Below the pieces are notes generated by a model that had not been told where the DNA came from, did not search any database, and saw nothing but the letters and a program-made list of their open reading frames with translations. A stretch of 63,934 nt of DNA, filler included, from Perkinsus chesapeaki ATCC PRA-425 (taxonomy: Eukaryota; Protista; Perkinsozoa): assembly GCA_013115145.1 (NCBI GenBank). It is 3 parts of 3 records of this genome, joined end to end, with 100 filler letters (N's around TTAATTAATTAA, not from the genome) between each part and the next. Parts side by side here need not be neighbours in the genome. Positions count along the whole stretch, not along the records: positions 1 to 29,734 come from JAAPAO010000449.1; 2 more parts are not named here. One strand, written 5' to 3'. The position numbers were made by a program, and so were the translations under genes. Positions 12,740 to 24,375 of the stretch are shown here, piece by piece. Position 1 is the first letter of the stretch. The number at the start of each line of letters is the position of its first letter.

Positions 12740-14245
12740 ATGTTGTTATACACATCATCTAGTATTAGTATTAGATTATGTTCAATAAGACTACCATTGG
12801 TGTCTCATCCAGCTATGTTATATCTTATATCAACTAAAGGTAATACATTTAATAGTAGTATATTCATGGGGAAGTTGGATAATAACACAAAACTAACGGA
12901 GAGGGATATTACTACAATAGTACACAACCTAGGCAAAAACATTCATGCAAGAGGAGTCCTGTTAAATAAAGAATTTAGGGAATTATTATATAATATCATA
13001 CCAACTATGACAAGTGGTAAAAGTTTATCATTATGTTTGGCAGCATTAAGCACAGTTAAAGGTCAACCAAATGATGGTTTATTAGATATGATAGAGAAAC
13101 GTGTAAAGGTCATACCGACACTTTCTCTAACTGAACAAGATTATGCATTATTACTCAATGCTATGGCAAAGTTGAACCGTGATTCTGATATTATATTCTC
13201 AGCTGTGTTTGATGCTTTATCATCTGGTCATGTATACTTTACCCCTAAAGGTCTATCAGCAATATTAAATGCAACAGCTAAACTCCAACGTGAAGTGCCA
13301 GGCTCGGCAGTACCTGAGTTACTATCTCAAATTAAACGAAGAACCCAAGAGCTATCGGGTTGGCAATTTTCATGTGTTGTTCATGGCCTTGGACGAAGTG
13401 TTCCTAATGCTAATAAAGATGGTCAACTTATCAGTGTTCTATCTGATAAATGTGATGAGCTTATTAATGATAATGATGTTACTCATCAAGGTTTTGTTAT
13501 GCTATTGGATGGGTTCTCTAAATTAGAGTATCTTCAAATAAGTGTGGTATCTATGTTTTGTAAGAAAGCTCCTGATTGGGGATTAAGTGAGCAGGCGATA
13601 GTTATGGGTATCTCATCAATGGCTAAGTTAAATTATTATAATAAAGAATATCTTCAATGGTCTCATAATCGTTTATCTAATATTAATAAAGTGCCTCCTA
13701 TAGGTCTTGTAACAGCTCTGGTTGGTTATGCTAAATTAGAGTATCATACTGGTGTTGAATATATATATAATCGTATTATTAATGAAGGTGTTATTAATAA
13801 TACTAATATAAGCCAATTGTGTATAATAGCATACGCATTGTTGCTTGATAATAGCATACTTTTATTGCCAACAGTACTGCGTAATATTCTGACACCTCTA
13901 GCTGTTGATAAGGTATCTCTATCAAATGCTAGTAAACTACAGCTTATAGCAGTAATGCAATCATTAATAAATAATAAAGCAATACTAAACCATGCCTCCT
14001 CCTTCACTGTACATGATTTAAGTGTCATCTTAAAGGAAATTGATTTAGTGAATTCAGCAGTTAAACTATCGACTAATGAGGTTGATGATGCCAACAGTTC
14101 GTCTTTTCAAGAGGATATAGAGCACACACTAAAGAAGATAGGGCAACATCGTTGGTCTAGTGAGTGCGAGGTTACTCCTTATATAGTTGATATAATTGAA
14201 GTTAAACAACTCAGCAGACACAGACACAGACGTAATTGCTCATGA
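12740..14245 (+). CDS. Heptatricopeptide-repeat (HPR)/RAP-like helical-repeat protein, likely organellar RNA binding; intronless
   Basis: 501-aa ORF with ~36-38-aa repeats (LLLNAMAKL, AILNATAKL, MLLDGFSKL, GISSMAKL, ALVGYAKL); C-terminal SSFQEDIEHTL...E.EVTPYIVDI resembles the start of a RAP domain; S/R/L-rich N-terminus. Confidence 0.7.
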   Translation: MLLYTSSSISIRLCSIRLPLVSHPAMLYLISTKGNTFNSSIFMGKLDNNTKLTERDITTIVHNLGKNIHARGVLLNKEFRELLYNIIPTMTSGKSLSLCLAALSTVKGQPNDGLLDMIEKRVKVIPTLSLTEQDYALLLNAMAKLNRDSDIIFSAVFDALSSGHVYFTPKGLSAILNATAKLQREVPGSAVPELLSQIKRRTQELSGWQFSCVVHGLGRSVPNANKDGQLISVLSDKCDELINDNDVTHQGFVMLLDGFSKLEYLQISVVSMFCKKAPDWGLSEQAIVMGISSMAKLNYYNKEYLQWSHNRLSNINKVPPIGLVTALVGYAKLEYHTGVEYIYNRIINEGVINNTNISQLCIIAYALLLDNSILLLPTVLRNILTPLAVDKVSLSNASKLQLIAVMQSLINNKAILNHASSFTVHDLSVILKEIDLVNSAVKLSTNEVDDANSSSFQEDIEHTLKKIGQHRWSSECEVTPYIVDIIEVKQLSRHRHRRNCS

Positions 14246-14350
14246 TGATGATGTAGTTGTTGTTAGACTATGTTTCAGCAGTATTATTATAAACCAATAG
14301 TTGTGTTAATTAGTATTGTTAATATGTCACTGTTGGTTGTCTTAATAATA

Positions 14351-17140
14351 ATGTCATCAAACGACAGGAAAAGGAGCAATAATGATGGGCAACAGTTGGC
14401 AGATAATAATAATAAGAGAGTATTCAATTCAACCTAAATCCTAGTCATTATCTCCTAATCAGGCTCGCACCATCACCACCACCTCCTCCTCATCATCATC
14501 AAATGATTGTTTTACAGCTGCATATCATGCCGGACTCGGTGATGGTGGTGGTGGTGGATTTAAAATATGTGTTTACTGTGATAGTGTATATGTACCAATC
14601 GATAAAGGCATAACATTCGATTGTAACCATTTCGCCTGTAATCATTGTGCATATGATTATATTAAATCAATAATAAAACTATCAACAACTGGAGTGTCAT
14701 CTATTAATAACTATCTAATAGATGGTTATACCATATGCCCAGCAAAGGGTTGTAGGAGAGGGATAACTCTAGAGCAAGCAAGGTAAAGGCAAGTGAGATA
14801 AGGAAGGTTATTATACCATATTCAGATACATAACGTTGGAGTTAGGTCATGATGATGATGAGCCTCAAGTCTTATGGAGAAGCATTTTATTAATAATGCT
14901 AGCTCAATTAGAAGGTTACTCATCGACACAAGTGCGGGGAAGGGGGTCATCGTTTAATATATCCTATCTTTATATATTGTTTACTGCTATCCTCTAATGA
15001 CAGGAGCGGCAGCAGAAGTTGACTGCTGCTGCTGTCTTGTGATTACTGTCCATTTGTTATACTGTTGTAGGTGAGATTTACCTAATATCATTATATACAG
15101 TATTCTTACATAAATTAATACCTTTATATAAATGTAAAGCATGTCCCAGAGAAAGACGCTTCTCCCACCTCAATAACTTTTTCACCTTCATTGCGAATAT
15201 GTGGGCAGTGCCATATATGCTCTTTGAAAGGAGCTGTTGTCCTACTAACGGTCTGAGGTCAATAGTAATATGTATCCTCTTGTGCAGGCTTATATTCTAG
15301 TAATCAAGTTGTTGATAAGCTTTTGTTGTTGTTGTTGTTGTTGATTTGTCTATGCTTTAGGTAGTGACCTCTGCCAGCAGACTATTACCCACATCAAGTC
15401 AAGTAACTGTATCATCCACCGCCTCCAATGAAGATGGTGATGTTATTGATTTGGATAATGAAGATGATGATGATTGTGATACAAAGAAGAAGAGGAAATT
15501 AATAAATAAAATCAAAGAAGAGATACAATTAGCAACTTTAGCATCATCCGAGGGGTCAACACAAGGTTGGACAGCAGCCCGAAACAATAGGGTATAAGAT
15601 CTAAGTCATAGGTTCGAATCCCACATATCATCATCAATTTTAGACCCCTCCAAATTGCCGACGTGATTGTCCACTTTGTTTGGAAAAAGATATCCCCACT
15701 GAAGATGGTGTTAGATTATCATGTGATCATTTTATGTGTATCACATGTGCAAGGGAATACATTAAAAGCAGGATAATGGATGCTCAGGTAGGAGGTAGAG
15801 GTAGGAGAGCTCAAGAGCGCAAGTTCGAATCCCAGCTGGGGTATTATTATTTTTAGTAAATCCAGGTACGAGATGATGAATTTATTTGCCCTATGCCTAA
15901 ATGTAACATACCTATTGGTGTACAACAAGCTGAGTATGTCGTTATTGTTGAGTGCATCACTTTGCTGCTTCGCTCCGCCTTTCTTTTATTAGATATATCA
16001 TAATGGATTCAACAGCTGCTGCTGAGGCGATTGAAGATGATGATGATGCTAAAGGGATATGGGAGAAGTTCCTTGATTTTAGATTTAAACATGTCTTTCA
16101 GACTAGCGATAAGAAAGTAATACATTTATTACAGTGCTTCTTAATAAAGGCTACTCCATTAACAACAACTTTCATTTACTTATTATTACCTCACTGTTTA
16201 TCTTAAATCATTTACTATACTTAACTATTGGTATACTTGCTCCTCCTCCTCCTCCTTCTGTAGCCTCATTATTATTATATTATATGGACGTGCTATTAGG
16301 ATGGTGATTTTATTGAGTGTCCCCATCCAGGATGTGAATATGCATTCTTAGTAGAAAATAAGAATGATATGGATTCAACATGTCAATGCCCTTTATGCAA
16401 GAAGTCATTCTGTCCAAAGTAACACCAACAACACCAATCTTAACACTATTAATAATATTATTATTCAGATGTTACTTTATTGGTGGTCATACTGGAATGT
16501 CATATGAAGCAGTTGAAGCAGCTGAACAAAAAGAGGAAGAGGCAACAGATGCCTTAGCCAAAGATAAAGGGTGGAGAAAGTAAGAAGTGAAGAACCTCAT
16601 GATGATGATGATGTGGCTGCTGCTGCTGCTGCTCATCATCCTCCTTCTCCGTAGATGCCCAGTATGTGGTGTAATTGTATCTAAAGAGCATGGATGTAAC
16701 TTTATGTGGTGTTCAAGTCCACAATGCCGTAATAAGACTAACTTCTGTTATGTTTGTGGTGATAAGCTTACAAGAGATCAACATTATTCACATTTTCCTA
16801 AAGGTAGTAGTAAGTCATTAGCAGCAACAGCAGCAACCTGTTAGGACCATATGAGAACTGTTGTGATAAAGCTGATTTACGCCAACAACAACAAAAACAA
16901 CAAGGTAAGAAGCAACAGCAGCCACCGAAACCACGAGCAGGAAATAAAAAAGGGAAAAATAACAATGCAGTCAACAATGCTGGGCAACCTCAACAACTGA
17001 ACATTGGTGGGAATATGCAGCAGCCCCCTATAGGAGTGCACGTGAAACACCCAGCAGTAGGAGCAGGAGCAGCAGGAGCAGTGGCGAATGGTGTAGGAGG
17101 GAATGAGCATGTGAGAAGGCAGCGGAAAGTGAGGGGGTGA
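14351..17140 (+). CDS. RING-between-RING (RBR) E3 ubiquitin ligase with an extra N-terminal RING-like finger, multi-exon
   Basis: Spliced: CVYC..CNHFACNHC..CPAKGC; RING1 CPLC..CDHFMCITC..CPMPKC; IBR CPHPGC..CPLCKKSFCPKC; RING2 CPVC..GCNFMWCSSPQC..FCYVC; exon structure 14920-15360 unresolved. Confidence 0.85.
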
Positions 17141-17603
17141 ATGATGATGATTATTATGGTGTGCAGAAGTATGATGATGATGATAGAGGGAAGTTATATT
17201 ATCATATTGTTGATAATATTGATAAAGTTAAACGATTATTTAGCGGATGATGATAATGATTATTATTATTATGGCTACCATTTGTCGTTATTATATAATA
17301 TTAAGTATTATTACCAATAATTTACTAGCAAGTAGTTTCCTTATCATAATCATCTTATTATTGCTGTTGTTGTTATGATATATTCGAGTGTGATGATGAT
17401 GACATTAACAGCTATAAAGGCACGAAGTGAAGTCGTTGTTATAAGAGGTGAAGTAAACAACCCTTACAAGCATTACGGCATAGTAAACTAAGGACAACAT
17501 AACCGCTCACCTGCATCATATTGATTATCATAACAAATATAATGCATCAATGTCAGGGCAGATTATACTGTCTCAGTTCATAAATGTTGATGATGTCAAC
17601 TAA

Positions 17604-18098
17604 AAGAGGAAACCCTCTAGACCACCGAGAACGGTAGTAGTACGACCCGCGTATGATATGAATACTGATGTCAGAGAGATCGATAGAGTAAAGTGTGTTG
17701 AGAGAGAAAAGACTGCTATGTTGAAGGCCTATGAAGATAAACTGGATAGGGCAAAGGCATTTAGAGAAGGAAAACGGAAAGAATGCGAACTTAAACGATC
17801 GATGTCGCAGAAGAGGCAGTGACCGCCAATACAATATTGTATGATAAATATAATGATGTGACTAAGGTTTAACGATTGGCTCAAATATCTGAGAGACCGA
17901 GGTATAAGGGATGACAGAGATCCAGTAAGGAAAACAAGAGCAATAGAAAAGAAGATAAAAGAGGCACGGGATCGTCGGGACAAGATATATCAAGCGGCGG
18001 TTGATAGGAAGTTAATGCGAATAAAAGTGGATAACGTTAAGTTAATACGTGCAAAAGATACCACCGATATGGGTTTAATGAAGATGTCATCGAAGATG
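17604..18098 (+). CDS. Charged coiled-coil hypothetical protein (core exons only; ends unresolved)
   Basis: Exon-like frames KAYEDKLDRAKAFREGKRKECELKR and FNDWLKYLRDRG...IEKKIKEARDRRDK joined by a short intron. Confidence 0.45.
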
Positions 18099-20413
18099 GT
18101 ATGATACCATTACAATGGGATATTGTGCAAACATCAACAATTCACAATGATGATATAATTGATAATATTAATAACCATCATCAACTTGTTAATGAGTGAG
18201 GTTATCATGTTATTCACCCTCTTGCCACCACCACCTTCAGAGCTATTCAACGTGCCATACCATCACCATCATCATCATCGTCCAAATATGACTCGAGCGG
18301 CGGCGGCGGTATTGGTACTCGGCTGGAGAGTAGTGTGAAGGAAGTAGAGCAGCATCTTAGACAGGTGAGTTGGCTTAGTCCTTATTAATGGTAGGATCTT
18401 ATGTGTCTATCAATTAGGTACCTGCTGCCCTGCTGCTGCCTGCTGCTGCCTTGCGGTCGAATGAGGCAAAGTCGGTGATGGAAGCCCAAAGAGCTTTTAG
18501 TCTAGCAGGTTCTCTAAGGGAACGACTAATGCTGGTAGGCAGCAGCATCATATATTAGCATTTTGAAATAGATGGCGAATTAGGCGGATAATAGGCGGGA
18601 ATACATAAGAAGCAATAAGCGAGAGGGTATAAGGTTACGTATAGAGGAAAATGAGACAAGACGGAGGTGATGATGATGATAACGATTAACAAACTACAAT
18701 CTGTTCATTCTATCATTCCCTACATAATAATAGGGCAGCATCTGGTAGTCGAGCCAAGGTTGGAGAGCAACAATGGAAGGCAGCAACCATATCAGTAATA
18801 GCATTACCGGTCTATAATACCTTAGTATATTATTATATGATAGAAAAGATCCACAGAGATTGTATTATTAGAAGAAAGAAATGAAAATAGAAGAAGACGA
18901 GGAGAAATTAAAGAGAAAGGAAGGCTATCCGACGTATTAGAAAGGAAGGTTGTTAGGCGGCTGCTATGGTGAGGTGGTAGGATTTATTATCAGTGGTATT
19001 CAGATGGCGTTGGATAACTTTATAAATATGTATCAAGGAGTGGTATCATATATGCGGGACGATAGACTTTGTAGAAGATTGAGAGATCAACAACAACAAC
19101 AACAACAACTGATGAGTTAAAGACAACGAAACCTACATCCTGCTTCAGTTCGGTGCTTCAGGCCATGAGAAGGCCGTAAAATATAAGACATTATGCATCA
19201 GAGATAGGCCAGATGAAAATGATGATGATGAGGGGCAGAAGGCAACGAGGGCTACTGCTGCTGATACTATTAGGTGACAGACTGAGCTCTTCACAAATGC
19301 TATATGATCTTTTAAGACAAGAACATCTTTTATGGAAGAAAAAGCATCAATACATAGATAGGACAACAAGGGAAGGGTGAGCAAACACGGGCAACAGTCG
19401 TAACCCTTGACATTCATCATCTTGATCATTATTATCAGAAGCTTAGTGTCGGGTCGACTATTGCCAATGCGAACTAGATTCGGCATTATTAGAGGGTGGC
19501 ATCATAACAACACTGTATGCCAACAAGATGAGGAGGGTGACTCTATTGCTGCAATAGACAAGTGCATCACTTCTGAATGCACATGATATACTTAGCCATT
19601 TTGTTAGATACTTAATGACACAACACATCTAACCAGGTCAGTGGAGTTGTGTTTAATAAAATCATCAAAACCGTAGGCTTAGGATCGCACGGGAAAGGTT
19701 GGCCTTCAAGGGCAGTGAAAGCTAAAGCTGTTGAAGACCCCTCATCAGGATAATAACACAACCGTTCTTGACGATTATTAAGTGTTATCAATGGAAGTTG
19801 CTGTTATCAAAATAAGGGACCTGCCTTTCCTTTAGTGCTTCAAAATTGAAGTAAGGACTGTCAAACCGTCACGGGTAAGTCAGTTGCGTGTAGCTTACGT
19901 GAGACGCGCATGGCTAGCAGTGCTAATGTGAATTAATAATAATTATTAGTAGTACTAATAAGTGAAAAGGATACAGGTAAGTGAAGTGATTATAACAAAG
20001 CTCATTACAACTCTCCATTTCCGGCGGCATTAGACTCTACATGAGCAACCCTCACTCCGAAAAAAGCGCCGCCGCCCTGGGTTTCAGACTGAGCTTGAGA
20101 CGCAGAATTGCACTGCTCTCTACCTTGTACTTGTAAGTGTGACGCGGAAGATCTACTTCTACTCGTTGTGCTAGTGCTGATAGCTAGAATAGCACTTCCT
20201 ATACAGGGTCACGCTCTACCTAAATTCCGATATAGCCATACTAAGAAAACAGAGAAGGCGAGGAGGGGCCCGCATGGAACCATTCCCCCTTCGCCCTCTT
20301 CCCCTGGAATCTGGTAATCTGGTAATGCTTGCTTTTACACTCTTTACCGATGCTCAAGAGCTACTAACCACCGCGTCGTTCTGGCAGGAATACCTGAAAT
20401 ATTAGCTTCTTCA

Positions 20414-20689
20414 ATGTCTTTTATGAAGCATCCCTTTAAGACTATCGATGGATTCGTGTGTAGCCCAAAGTGTTTGCTCGATGACAGCTGTCCAGCATCA
20501 ACATATGGGGCAAAGGGTCCAGCCGAGTGCCGTCATGGTACCTGCTCCCTTACATCCAAACAGACGTGTGCAATGGTAGATCTTTTTATTCCACCCGATT
20601 GTCCTGATCATCCTGGGAAGGTGTCCTTCTGCATCCAACGTGACGCTCCCTCTCCAACTTGCTACTATAAACCGAGGGCCGCTACTTGA
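20414..20689 (+). CDS. Small Cys-rich protein, paralog of 23856-24375; 5' part unresolved, possibly pseudogenised
   Basis: CSPKCLLDDSCPASTYGAKGPAECRHGTC aligns with CAPKCSSNSDCPAPSGGAKGNAECIYGFC; both end SFC...CY(Y/F). Confidence 0.6.
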   Translation: MSFMKHPFKTIDGFVCSPKCLLDDSCPASTYGAKGPAECRHGTCSLTSKQTCAMVDLFIPPDCPDHPGKVSFCIQRDAPSPTCYYKPRAAT

Positions 20690-22568
20690 TAGCGGCTTAG
20701 TCATTATCATATCTAGACGAAGAGTATGCCCCCTGCCCATGGTGGCTAAAGGGTGTGCAAGTCCACAGTGGACATTTGAGTATAGTCTCTCTCCCTTATT
20801 CGTTATTATCTCTTTCACTTAAAGAGATAGTATAGTCTTGGGTTACGTAGAAGTTCGCCGTGGGCACCGATTAAAATACTAATCTCAGAGAGCAAAGTTA
20901 GATAGAAAGATAGCTGCACCTTAAACTACTGAACATGTATCTCGGAGCCTCCCCTTTCCTATGGTAGTAGGAAGATGATTTCAGAAAGCTGTTTGGAGAC
21001 AGCTTAATGAGCAAGAGCATGTCTCTGCCAAGGATTCCAGTAAAGTAGTTGAGCAGTTGTTATCTTGGACTAGTGGCTCCAATGATTATTGTTCAATGTA
21101 ATCGTCACCTCCTTCACCTCTCTAATGTATGGCTGCTGGCATCCCATTTGATATGCTGGTGGCTATTACGACATAGCTAATTTGCTGAGTCGACCAGGTC
21201 AGGGGTGACCGAACTCCACGAGGCTTGCTCCCGACCGCCGCCGACAATAAGCTTAAACTGCCACTGTGGCGTGGTTACGACTGCCTGTAAAGGTTTGGAT
21301 ATTTTTTTGCATTAACTTAAGCGTTTAATTTCAGACGTCCGCATCATCATTGGATTTGATTCTTCCTGGTTCTTTCAGTTGATATTTCTTGACTTACGTA
21401 AATTGGACCTTACAGTTCCTAACTCGAATCTTGTTCCAAAATATTTTCGGAACTGCTTGATACCTTGAATGTCCAGTAAAGCTGGCAAAACGACAATTAC
21501 AACAACGTGACTGTATTTATCGTGTGCAGCTGGAAGTATGCTACCAATATACAGTGAGTTATCTCTTCGTACCATCATCATATTGTATGCGTAAATAAGC
21601 AGACACCATACTTCAATTCCCAACCGACTAACATATTGAAAGGATGGATGAATCTAGGTCTTTTTTCAGACTCGATTCCTCCAAAGACTTCTTCTTCTTC
21701 TTCTAAAAGCCTCCTTCCATGTATGTTACTGTCTAAAAGATAAAGATTGGATATGACTGACGGACATCATCATCTGAGTAACATTTGATCCATAGGTTAA
21801 TTATCATCATCGCTTTTCTGTCATTATTATCTTCTCCTGCACTTCATAGGCATTTTGGGTTGCGGCTTTGATGATAAAAAGTCGAAGCGAAAGAGATCTC
21901 CGACTGAAGTCTGCTGCTGCTGCTGGGTAGGTATAATACAAATCATTCGTGATGCTCCAATGAGCTATCTCCATTGTTGAATGAGAATAAATGATGAAGA
22001 TGATGAAGAATAGTGTTTATTATACATCTTCATCCGTCATCTCTCGATCCTTGACTATTGTCCTCAACTTTGATCCTGCACTCGAAGAGTAAATACTTCA
22101 TATCAATCATCATCACGGACCATCCACAGGCCATCAAAGGTTCACAGATCAACTATCAGGCAGCTGGATGAATTATGTCGATCCGTGATGTATTCGGGCT
22201 TCACATGTCCACTGATCAGGATGAAGCCATTGATGCAACTCGAGGAACAGACAACGGATGAGTGGCAACTAACGTGCCTAAACATGGTTTTGTTTTATTA
22301 TACTCTTGGTGATTCGTGGTGATCTAGATCCGACTCTTTGGTACCAACATTATAAGCATGTGAGAAGGACCGCACTCGAATCGTATGGATCACGGACCAG
22401 TTCATCACCACCCAAGACACCACCAAGTTCGCGAGGAGCCCCGCCTACCACGAATGCTACTCCGTGCGAGTCGCAATATCTGTGCCAATCAGAAGTTAGG
22501 CGTCTGAACTATCGCCAATATGAGCTACTGTGTGTATTGGAAAGCTTCATAACACTGCATGCTTGCTA

Positions 22569-22644
22569 GTCTTGGCAGCAATAGTAGATTCGCCCTAATC
22601 TTGGCTGCCAAGATGAGGGCGAATCTAGTATTGCTGCCATAGAC
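22569..22644. repeat. Near-perfect 76-nt palindrome
   Basis: 37/38-nt arms, 1-nt loop, 2 mismatches and 1 bulge. Confidence 0.9.
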
Positions 22645-23086
22645 GCCCTCAAAACGGAGCTGTATGAAATGCCACTCAAGACTGTCAGGGATGAAACTAT
22701 AAAGTGGTATGTTGGGAGGGATGCAGAATCTGATCGATCAACATTCAGCTCATTTAGCTCTGAATTACCACAATGCTTCTTCTATATTAGGTGCTCGTGA
22801 GACCCTCAAGGGAGGCATACCATCACTTCTTGATTGATGATGATGATCACCTCCAATTATTGCCAGACGAGTTTCCAGCTCGTATTGGCTTTGATATGCA
22901 ATGGAGGGATACTCGCTTATCAATCAACTACGGATGAGGATCAACGCCGCCGCCCCCGCCTCACTGGAGTCGACGACGCCTTGTACATGCGTTCTCTACC
23001 GAGTCATTGTGCCTCGGGTGGCCGAAATAACGACTAGTTCGAAAGATTCATAAAAGATATAGCTCGCACTTGCTAAGGACCAGAGT

Positions 23087-23271
23087 CAGTGGCGTACTGA
23101 CAGTGGGGGGGGCAAGGTGGGGGCAGACCTACACTGCTAAGGGTCAATTACTGTCCCCAACACCCATACCCCACAGCACCCATACCTGCCAGCGGGGGGG
23201 ACAGCGTGGGGGCGAGCACCGCTGCAGGGGGGCTACCGCCCCCCCTCCGCGCGCCCCCAGCTACGCCACTG
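23087..23271. mobile_element. Non-autonomous hAT-type MITE, 185 bp
   Basis: Terminal inverted repeats CAGTGGCGTA...TACGCCACTG; perfect 8-bp target duplication ACCAGAGT at 23079-23086 and 23272-23279; GC-rich non-coding interior. Confidence 0.9.
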
Positions 23272-23855
23272 ACCAGAGTAGTCGGGCCTTCACATTTGAG
23301 AATGGAGAGCTCGGCAAGAGCAGGCCAAACCACGGCCGCCTCCTTGGATCATAGCTAATAGCTATACCACAATGCAGAAAAGAGTAACCCCATTGAACGC
23401 CTATTATAATATCTCATTGACATGGCTCGTGCCAGGTATATCAACTCTACACATAAGTCATAAATGATATTAGTTTGCTTCTCTATTAAGGCTCAATGGC
23501 TCACCTCCCGTAGGCTCACTTGTACGCATGCTCATTAAGCTTCGTGCGAGGCATTCCTTCGACATCTCTGGTACATAACCCCAGCCGATTGATACAGATC
23601 CATCGGAGAATAGTAGCTTGTTCTCCTCTTTTCTTATTCACTACCGACTATTGAACTGATTATCCTATTTTCCCAGACATTGTTTGTTGTAGGATCTCTA
23701 TCAATATCGACTCAGCATCCAACTAAAGCTTAGCTATTATCAATAGTCCGCCTCGCCCTTTACCACTCCAACGCTTAGTTCCATTCATCGTATTTAAAGA
23801 GATTCAATGTTGTATTTCGGATCAGTTCCTCGTTTTATCTTCTCTTTCTTACTTC

Positions 23856-24375
23856 ATGCGCATCCTTTCATGCATGTTACTTGGTTTGGCTGCTACTGCC
23901 GAAAACCTTCGCCGCCTTGGCACCCCTGATACTGGTAGATAGCTTAATGATGATATCCTTTCTTTATTTAGATCTTCTTCTCCTTCTTTGTGTGTCAGAA
24001 TATTACGGCCGACCAGATGGGGGTGGACTTGGATGGTGTCCTATGCGACAAGAAGCTTTTGCTTTTGTAATATCTTGTGCATCGATATTACCATTATCAA
24101 ATATGAGTTATATTCATGATGATCAGATGAAGGGAGGCTCCATCTGCGCCCCTAAGTGTTCCTCTAACAGTGATTGCCCAGCGCCATCCGGCGGTGCCAA
24201 AGGCAATGCTGAGTGCATTTATGGATTTTGTTTCCTTCATTGCAATCAGGCAAGTGCTGCTCAGGGCAGTCTGTTATTTCACTTTTTTCAGGACTCTGAC
24301 TGTCCTCAGCTTTCTGGTGGGAAGTCATTCTGCGGCAAAGGAGTTCATCCCTTCGATATGTGTTACTTCCATTAG
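23856..24375 (+). CDS. Small secreted Cys-rich protein, 4 exons
   Basis: MRILSCMLLGLAATA signal; two GT-AG introns plus a probable GC-AG intron 24250-24291; paired CxxxxDCP modules. Confidence 0.75.

Noticed and set aside
22650-22800. Retrotransposon gag-like phrase (ETIKWYVGRDAES...FSSFSSEL)
   Set aside because: Too short and degenerate; no LTRs, RT or integrase motifs nearby
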